From: Paramagnetospirillum magneticum AMB-1
GTDB taxonomy: Bacteria > Pseudomonadota > Alphaproteobacteria > Rhodospirillales > Magnetospirillaceae
Reading direction: 5' to 3'
Assembly (NCBI RefSeq): GCF_000009985.1
Contig: NC_007626.1
Coordinates: forward strand, 3,238,833 to 3,262,832
DNA: 24,000 nt
In this document: positions 16,214 to 22,216 of the stretch, piece after piece
Position numbering within the stretch: the first letter of the stretch is position 1
Layout of the letters: every line of letters begins with the position of its first letter
The notes under the pieces: model-generated
Told to the model about the DNA's origin: nothing
Seen by the model: only the letters and a program-made list of their open reading frames with translations
The model's database searches: none
Made by a program: the position numbers and the translations under genes

Positions 16214-16830
16214 TCCCCCCCTTGCCCCGTCTGGCCGCGTCCCTGCTGCTGGCCGCCACCCTGGCCGGCTGCGGCGCCTCGACGCCGCTGCGCTATCACG
16301 CCCTGTCCAGTGGCCCGACCGCGCCGCTGGCGTCGGGCAGCGCCGCCCTGCTGGTCGAGGTGCTGCCCATCGCTGTTCCCGAGCGGATCAACCGCGAGGA
16401 GCTGGTCCTGAGCGGCCCCGGCGGCCAGCTGGAAGTGCGCGCCGGCGACCGCTGGGCGGCTCCCCTGGCCGACGAAATGCGCCAGCTGGTGGACGAGTCC
16501 CTGTGGCGCCATCTGCGCGCCGCCGACATCTATGTGGCGCCGCTGGCCATCACCGGCAGCGGACTGCCGCAGTACCGCCTGGCCCTGCGGCTGGAACGGC
16601 TGGAAGCCACCCCCGGCCGTCAGGCGGTGGCCGAGGCCAGTTGGACCGTGCGCCGCCTGCCCCAGGGCCAGCCCGCCATCTGCCGCACCGGCGCCACCGA
16701 GCCGCTGCCCGACGCCTCGACCGAGGCCGCCGTGGCCGGATTGGCCCGAGCCTCGGCCCGCCTCGCCGAGGCGGTGGCCGCCAGCCTGGGGCGGCTGCAC
16801 GCCGGGACGGCCAATCCCTGCGACGGCTAG
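16210..16830 (+). CDS. pqiC: PqiC/YmbA-like lipoprotein
   Basis: Lipobox LLLAATLAGC near the N-terminus. The start is an ATGA overlap with the pqiB stop. Size and position match the third gene of pqiABC. Confidence 0.78.
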   Translation: MIPPLPRLAASLLLAATLAGCGASTPLRYHALSSGPTAPLASGSAALLVEVLPIAVPERINREELVLSGPGGQLEVRAGDRWAAPLADEMRQLVDESLWRHLRAADIYVAPLAITGSGLPQYRLALRLERLEATPGRQAVAEASWTVRRLPQGQPAICRTGATEPLPDASTEAAVAGLARASARLAEAVAASLGRLHAGTANPCDG

Positions 16831-16888
16831 GCCCCTTTCCCTTCCTGACGGGCTGCCGCCCGCACCCGCTCATGGAAGCGCCTCTCGT

Positions 16889-16985
16889 CTGTCATCCTGA
16901 GCCAGGAGCGAAGGATCTTTCACGGGACAGCGGCAGCCGCTTCAAGCTGAAAGATCCTTCCTCCCTGCGGTCGTCAGGATGACAA
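16889..16985. repeat. Imperfect palindromic intergenic element of about 95 bp (REP/MITE-like or structured RNA)
   Basis: GTCATCCTGA (16891-16900) pairs with TCAGGATGAC (16974-16983). GAAGGATCTTTCA (16910-16922) pairs with TGAAAGATCCTTC (16948-16960). An asymmetric internal loop separates the two stems, and a central mini-hairpin GCGGC-A-GCCGC sits between them. Confidence 0.45.
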
Positions 16986-17024
16986 GTCAGGTCAAGCGCC
17001 GACCAGCATGAATAGTGGACAGGT

Positions 17025-17043
17025 TTGGAGACATGGTCTCCAA
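17025..17043. promoter_or_regulatory. Perfect 8-3-8 palindrome upstream of the cytochrome cluster (candidate operator)
   Basis: TTGGAGAC-ATG-GTCTCCAA at 17025-17043, in a 476-bp lower-GC non-coding region. Confidence 0.3.
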
Positions 17044-17306
17044 GCGGAGCCATCTCTGCCCCAATCGCGAGAACCTGATGAGGCGGCCGGCACGTCCCTG
17101 ACCGGCCGGGCATCGCCTTGACTGCCCATGGTTGCAGCCACCGAGCACGCCGTGGCGCCATGCCGGAGATCCTCCAAATTTATGTTGCGATCGATTCGCA
17201 TTCTCATTACTGATGGCCGGACTTTCCGCGCCCGAAGCGACACCGCGACGGGCCGCCAGCCCGGAGCCTCATCCTGTCGGTCCTCTCTTTTCCCCGCCAC
17301 GCCCTG

Positions 17307-18254
17307 GTGCTGTGCCTCGTCCTGCTGGCCCTCGGCATGCCGTTGGGCGCGCCGTGGGAACCGGCGCGGGCTGCGGAGGCCGATGAATTCGGGCTGGAGG
17401 AAAAGGACCCGGAGCTGCCGGGCAAGATTAAGGCCTGGAATGCCGACTGCCTGTCCTGTCACAGCGAGGCCGGGCTGAAAAATCCTCCGCGCCAGGGCAT
17501 GGACATGGCGCTGCTGGCCAAGCTGCTGGTCGACCATCCGCGCTTCGAGGCCTCCGATCACGGCAAGATGGCCTGCAAGGATTGTCATTCCGAGGCCTAT
17601 GTCCCCTATCCCCACCTGCCCAACGCCAAGGCGCAGATCAAGGGCTGCGAGCCCTGCCACCAGCAGCCGGCCAAAGCCATCGTCCCGGAGTTCAAGGCCA
17701 GCAAGCACTTCAAGGACCACACGGCCAAGTTCACCTGCCTGTCCTGTCACGATTCCCACACCATGCGCAAGGCGGCCAAGCTGCCCTCCGCCCAGGCTGC
17801 GTCACGCCAGGACAATCATCAATGTCTGGCCTGCCACGACGACGACCGGCGTTATCTCGCCCTGATGAAGCCCGAGACCCGGCGGCCCGAGATGAGCAAG
17901 GTGCATGACTGGCTGCCCGAACTGGCCCTGCATCTCGATCACGTTCGCTGTGTCGATTGCCACAGCCCGGTGGCCGACATGGCCCTGTCCCACGAGGTGC
18001 AGGGCAAGGACAAGGCGGTTCGCCAGTGCGAATCCTGCCACGCCGAGCAAGGCGAACTGGGCCGCCGCCTGTACAAGCCCATGCTCATCGACCAGCCCGG
18101 GGAAACGGATGGCTTCGCCAATGCCGCCCTGCTGCGCGAGGTCTATGTGCTCGGCGCCAACCGTAACCGATGGATCGACTGGGGCGGCTTGGGAGCGTTG
18201 TCGCTGACCGCCCTGGTGGTGCTGGTCCGCTTTGTGCGCCGGAGGAAGACATGA
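17307..18254 (+). CDS. Heptahaem c-type cytochrome, periplasmic with a C-terminal membrane anchor
   Basis: Seven CxxCH motifs: CLSCH, CKDCH, CEPCH, CLSCH, CLACH, CVDCH, CESCH. The N-terminus is signal-like (LCLVLLALGMPLGAPWEPARA/AE). The C-terminal TM helix ends in a basic tail (WGGLGALSLTALVVLVRFVRRRKT). The start is GTG at 17307 and is uncertain. Confidence 0.85.
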   Translation: MLCLVLLALGMPLGAPWEPARAAEADEFGLEEKDPELPGKIKAWNADCLSCHSEAGLKNPPRQGMDMALLAKLLVDHPRFEASDHGKMACKDCHSEAYVPYPHLPNAKAQIKGCEPCHQQPAKAIVPEFKASKHFKDHTAKFTCLSCHDSHTMRKAAKLPSAQAASRQDNHQCLACHDDDRRYLALMKPETRRPEMSKVHDWLPELALHLDHVRCVDCHSPVADMALSHEVQGKDKAVRQCESCHAEQGELGRRLYKPMLIDQPGETDGFANAALLREVYVLGANRNRWIDWGGLGALSLTALVVLVRFVRRRKT

Positions 18255-20200
18255 CAGCAACGCCCGCCCAGGTCTCTCCCCCTCTCCACCGCCAGCGACT
18301 GGTGGTGGTGGGCAACGGCATGGCCGCGCTGCGCACCGTCGAGGAGATTCTGGCGCTGGCGCCCGATCGCTTCCACATCACGGTGCTGGGGGCCGAGCCC
18401 CACGGCAATTACAACCGCATCCTCCTGTCGTCGGTGCTGGCCGGCGACAAGCAGGTGGGCGACATCGTCACCCATCCCCCCGGCTGGTATGCCGAGCGCG
18501 GCATCGCCTTGCGCACCGGCGATCCGGTGGTGTCCATCGACCCGGAGCACCGCCGGGTGAGCACCGCCTCGGGCCACGTGGTCGCGTGGGACCGCCTGCT
18601 GCTGGCCACCGGCGCCCGGCCGCTGATGCCCGCCCTGCCCGGGGCCGGACTGGAGGGCGTCTACGGCTTTCGCACCATCGGCGACGTCCAGGCCATGCTG
18701 GCGTCGGCGGGACGCCATCGCCGCGCCGTGGTGGTGGGCGGTGGCGTGCTGGGCCTGGAGGCCGCCTGGGGCCTGCGCCGCCAGGGCATGGCGGTGACGG
18801 TCATCCACCTCACTCCCTGGCTGATGGAACGCCAGTTGGACGAGGTGGCGGCCGCAATGCTGCGCCACGACCTGGAACGCCACGGCATCGCCTGCCTGAC
18901 CTCGGCCCAGGCGGCCCGGCTGGAGGGCCGCGAAAGGGTCGAGGCCGTCACCCTGTCCGACGGCCGCACCATCGCCGCCGATCTGGTGGTGATGGCGGTG
19001 GGCATCCGCCCCAACACCGACCTGGCGCGTCAGGCCGGGCTGGAGGTGGGGCGCGGCATCACGGTGGATGCCCGGATGCGCAGTTCGGCCCCGGATATCT
19101 TCGCGGTGGGAGAATGCGTCGAGCATGACGGCCAGTGCTATGGTCTGGTCATGCCGCTGTGGGACATGGCCCGGGTCTGCGCCCACCATCTGACGGGGGG
19201 CGAGGGCGAGCGTCTTTTCACGCCCCCCTCGCTGTCGACCCGCCTCAAGATTCCCGGCATCGCCCTGTTCTCGGCCGGCGAGCCCGCCGCCGCCAACGAT
19301 GACGACCGCGAACTGATCCACCACGATCCCGGCCAGAGCATCTACAAGAAGCTGGTGCTGCGCCGGGGACGGCTGGTGGGCGCCGTGCTCTATGGCGACG
19401 TGGAGGACAGCGCCCGCGTCTGGCAATGGCTGTGCGACGGCGACGACGTCGGCCATCTCTGCGCCGGCAATTTGTGCCTGGGGCGAATTTCCGGCCAGTG
19501 CGCCGCCGCCGATCCCCTGGAGAACCTGCCCGACGACGCCGTGGTCTGCCATTGCAACGGCGTGACCAAGGGCGCCATCGTCGCCGCCATCGCCGAGCAC
19601 GGCCTGACCAGCCTGGAGCAGGTCACCGCCCGGACCAGGGCGTGCAGCGGCTGCGGCCAGTGCGCCGCGCTCACCGCCCGCATCCTGGCCCGCACCCTGG
19701 GCGAGGACGGCGCCGAGGCCCTGGCCGCCGAGACGCGGCGAAGCGAGATCCGCGCCGGGGCCTTCCGCCTCTGGCACCGCGCCAATGCCGTGCTGATGAG
19801 CGTGCTGGCCGTCACCGGGCTGTTCCTGCATTTCGCCGGGACCCCGGCGGCGCTGCTGCGTCTGGAATGGGCGTTCGGCCTGCACAAATGGTCGGGCCTG
19901 ACCCTGGTCGCCGCCTATGGCGCCTTCCTGGGCCTGACCGCGCTGTTCCGCCGCCGCTGGCGGGCCAATGCCGAAGGAATGGTGATGTTCGTCCTGATGC
20001 CGGCCCTGGTGGTCACCGGTCTGGCCTTCCTATGGCCGGTCCTGCTGCCCCAGGAGCCGCAGAAGGTCAACGGCATCGCCTGGGTTGCGGTGGTCCACAC
20101 CGTACTGGCCATCGCCCTCTTGATGTACCTGATTCACCACCTGGGCACCGCCCCGGTCCAGTGGTGGCGAAAGCGAAAGGCGCGGGCCTTCGGGGGGTGA
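18251..20200 (+). CDS. Fusion protein: NirB-like FAD/NAD(P)H oxidoreductase, BFD-like [2Fe-2S] domain and four-TM dihaem cytochrome b domain
   Basis: ATG 18251 follows GGAGGAAG and forms an ATGA overlap with the cytochrome stop. The FAD motif is LVVVGNGMAALRT. The second dinucleotide motif is AVVVGGGVLGLEAAWGL. AVGECVEH is also present. The BFD-type cysteines read VVCHCNGVTKG...RACSGCGQCAA. Four hydrophobic helices follow, with His in TM1 (LWHR, FLHF), in TM2 (LHKW), and as a pair 13-14 residues apart in TM4 (VVHTVLAIALLMYLIHH). The C-terminus is basic (WWRKRKARAFGG). Confidence 0.85.
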   Translation: MTATPAQVSPPLHRQRLVVVGNGMAALRTVEEILALAPDRFHITVLGAEPHGNYNRILLSSVLAGDKQVGDIVTHPPGWYAERGIALRTGDPVVSIDPEHRRVSTASGHVVAWDRLLLATGARPLMPALPGAGLEGVYGFRTIGDVQAMLASAGRHRRAVVVGGGVLGLEAAWGLRRQGMAVTVIHLTPWLMERQLDEVAAAMLRHDLERHGIACLTSAQAARLEGRERVEAVTLSDGRTIAADLVVMAVGIRPNTDLARQAGLEVGRGITVDARMRSSAPDIFAVGECVEHDGQCYGLVMPLWDMARVCAHHLTGGEGERLFTPPSLSTRLKIPGIALFSAGEPAAANDDDRELIHHDPGQSIYKKLVLRRGRLVGAVLYGDVEDSARVWQWLCDGDDVGHLCAGNLCLGRISGQCAAADPLENLPDDAVVCHCNGVTKGAIVAAIAEHGLTSLEQVTARTRACSGCGQCAALTARILARTLGEDGAEALAAETRRSEIRAGAFRLWHRANAVLMSVLAVTGLFLHFAGTPAALLRLEWAFGLHKWSGLTLVAAYGAFLGLTALFRRRWRANAEGMVMFVLMPALVVTGLAFLWPVLLPQEPQKVNGIAWVAVVHTVLAIALLMYLIHHLGTAPVQWWRKRKARAFGG

Positions 20201-20232
20201 CCGGAGGCCGGCTTGGGGATTTGGAGCGAATT

Positions 20233-21175
20233 ATGATGAGAATGCGACTTATTAGCCTTACTTCCGCCGTCGCGGCCCTGCTGTCCGCCGCCCCCGCCCT
20301 GGCCGTGGATTGGGCCAAGGTGCCGGGCCGCGAGGTGGTCTTGCTGTATCCCGGCCAGACCTCGTGGGAGTGGAACCTGACCGAAGCCGACCACAGCGCC
20401 GCCGCCAAGTTCAAGGCGGGGCAGAACTGCATCGAGTGCCACAAGAACCAGGAAAAGACCCAGGGCGCCCTGATGGTATCGGGCAAGAAGGCCGAGCCCA
20501 ACGCCATCGCCTCGTTCCCCGGCCATGTGGTGGTCAACACCCGCTTCGCCTATGACGACCAGCGGCTTTACGCCCGCTTCGAGTTCAAGGAGCCGGCCTC
20601 GCCCAACACCAAAATGGACGCCGAGTTCGCCACCAAGCTGGCCTTCATCTTCAACGATGCCGCGGTCCCCGAGGGCGTGCGGGCCGGCTGCTGGGCCAGC
20701 TGCCACGAGGACAACGCCTCCATGCCCGCGGCGGGCGGGTCCGAGCGCACCAAGTACCTGATGAAAAGCCGGGCCAAGCTGAGCCGCCAGGGCGGCGGCG
20801 ACCTGCTGAAAATCCCCCGAGGACCTGGCCAGGCTGACCGAGACCGGCTACATCCAGGAATGGTGGCAGGCCAAGCTGAATCCCGGCGCCAAGCCGGTGG
20901 CCGGCGGCGGCATCATCTTCGACCGCCGCCAGGAACTGAAGCCCGCCCAGGTCAGCGCCGAAGCGACCCAGGCCGCTGACGGCGGCTGGGTGGTGGTGCT
21001 GAGCCGCCCGCTGGCCGCCCCGGCCCCCTATCGCGCCCTGGCGCCGGGAAAGACCTATTCCTTCGGCATCAGCGTCCATGTGGGCCACAGCGCCAAGCGC
21101 TTCCACCACACGTCTTATGAGTACACCCTGGCGCTGGGGTCCGGCGCCGCCGATTTCATGGCGGTGAAGCAATGA
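20233..21175 (+). pseudogene. EB_dh-like (ethylbenzene dehydrogenase gamma / cytochrome c552 N-domain-like) periplasmic haem protein, interrupted by a 1-nt frameshift
   Basis: GGAG lies 7 nt before ATG 20233 and the signal peptide is MMRMRLISLTSAVAALLSAAPALA/VD. There are two CxxCH motifs (CIECH, CWASCH). Frame 1 is sensible up to ...GGGDLLKIP at about 20817 and then becomes an Arg/Pro/Gly-rich tail. Frame 2 opens at 20810 and continues sensibly (EDLARLTETGYIQEWWQAKLNPGAKPVAGGGIIFDRRQEL...HHTSYEYTLALG) to TGA 21175. That stop is ATGA-coupled to the next gene. The shift maps to the A4/C5 homopolymers at 20809-20818. Confidence 0.65.
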
Positions 21176-22128
21176 GGCTGGCCCGTCTCCTCCCCTGGGC
21201 GGCCCTGGCGGCGATCCTGCTGCTGGCCGCCTGGATTTCGCCGGCTTGGCCCCAGATCGCCTCGGCCCCCGAATGGTCGGCCGACGGCGAGGCCACCTGC
21301 ATCAAGTGCCACGGCGAAACCAGGGACCGCACCATCCTGTTCACCCCCCACGGGGTGAAGGGGGACAAGCACACTCCCATGGCGCAGCACGCCTGCGAGG
21401 GCTGCCATGGCGCCAGCCCCCGCCACAACGACGCCCGCCCGCCCAAGGGCGAAAAGCGCCCGCCGACCGACGTGGTGTTCAAGGGCGAGTTCCTGTCGCC
21501 GGTGGAAAAGCGCAACCAGGTCTGCTCCAACTGCCATAACGGCGGCGAGCACATCAACTGGAAGGGCAGCACCCACCAGCGCAACGACGTGGCCTGCACC
21601 GATTGCCATGCCTCGCATGTGCGCTCGGACCCGGTCATGGCCAAGAAGACCGAGCCCCAGGTCTGCTTCACCTGCCACAACCAGGAGCGGGCGGAAAGCC
21701 TGCAGGCCTCGCACCATCCCATCCGCGAGGGCAAGGTCACCTGCTCGGACTGCCACAACACCCACGGCTCGGGCGGGCCGAAGCTGCTCAAGGAGTTCAC
21801 CCTCAACGAGACCTGCTACGCCTGCCACCCGGAACAGCGCGGGCCGTTCCTGTGGGAGCACCAGCCGGTGCGCGAGGATTGCAGCACCTGCCACCAATCC
21901 CACGGCTCGCCCCAATCCAGCCTGCTGAAGCAGCGCCAGCCGTTCATCTGCATGACCTGCCACCAGACCAGCCGCGCCAATCACGACGCCATGGTCTCGG
22001 GCGGCCAGCAATTGCCCGGCGCCGGCGGTGTTGGCACCTACAACATGCTGCTGGCCCGGGGCTGCTCCAATTGCCACTCCAAGGTCCACGGCTCCAATGC
22101 CCCCTCGGGAGGCATGCTGACCCGCTGA
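21172..22128 (+). CDS. mtoA: Periplasmic decahaem c-type cytochrome, MtrA/DmsE/MtoA/PioA family
   Basis: A 318-aa ORF with signal peptide MRLARLLPWAALAAILLLAAWISPAWP. Exactly ten CxxCH motifs: CIKCH, CEGCH, CSNCH, CTDCH, CFTCH, CSDCH, CYACH, CSTCH, CMTCH, CSNCH. Size and haem count match MtrA/MtoA, and the gene is followed by an MtrB/PioB-type barrel gene. The symbol is by family resemblance only. Confidence 0.9.
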   Translation: MRLARLLPWAALAAILLLAAWISPAWPQIASAPEWSADGEATCIKCHGETRDRTILFTPHGVKGDKHTPMAQHACEGCHGASPRHNDARPPKGEKRPPTDVVFKGEFLSPVEKRNQVCSNCHNGGEHINWKGSTHQRNDVACTDCHASHVRSDPVMAKKTEPQVCFTCHNQERAESLQASHHPIREGKVTCSDCHNTHGSGGPKLLKEFTLNETCYACHPEQRGPFLWEHQPVREDCSTCHQSHGSPQSSLLKQRQPFICMTCHQTSRANHDAMVSGGQQLPGAGGVGTYNMLLARGCSNCHSKVHGSNAPSGGMLTR

Positions 22129-22133
22129 AGCAC

Positions 22134-22167
22134 AAGGCCCCGGTGGCGCGAGCCGGGGCCTTCTTTC
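22134..22167 (+). terminator. Terminator-like or attenuator hairpin between the decahaem cytochrome and porin genes
   Basis: AAGGCCCCGG (22134-22143) pairs perfectly with CCGGGGCCTT (22153-22162) around a 9-nt loop, followed by CTTTC. It lies 6 nt after the mtoA stop in an 88-nt spacer. Confidence 0.35.
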
Positions 22168-22216
22168 AGCCCATCAATTGCGATTACGTCTCATTTGCAC
22201 TTTTCCGGGGGACGGA

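Noticed and set aside
17008-17121. A 37-aa ORF (MNSGQVWRHGLQAEPSLPQSREPDEAAGTSLTGRASP) in the long spacer upstream of the cytochrome cluster
   Set aside because: It has no GC3 bias, unlike every real gene here, no RBS and no recognisable features. It also contains the 19-bp palindrome, which is more likely regulatory DNA.
19541-19560. CHC in VVCHCNGV, considered as a possible c-type haem-binding site in the flavoprotein
   Set aside because: It is not a CxxCH motif and the domain is cytoplasmic. With the downstream CSGCGQC it fits the BFD-type [2Fe-2S] Cys pattern.
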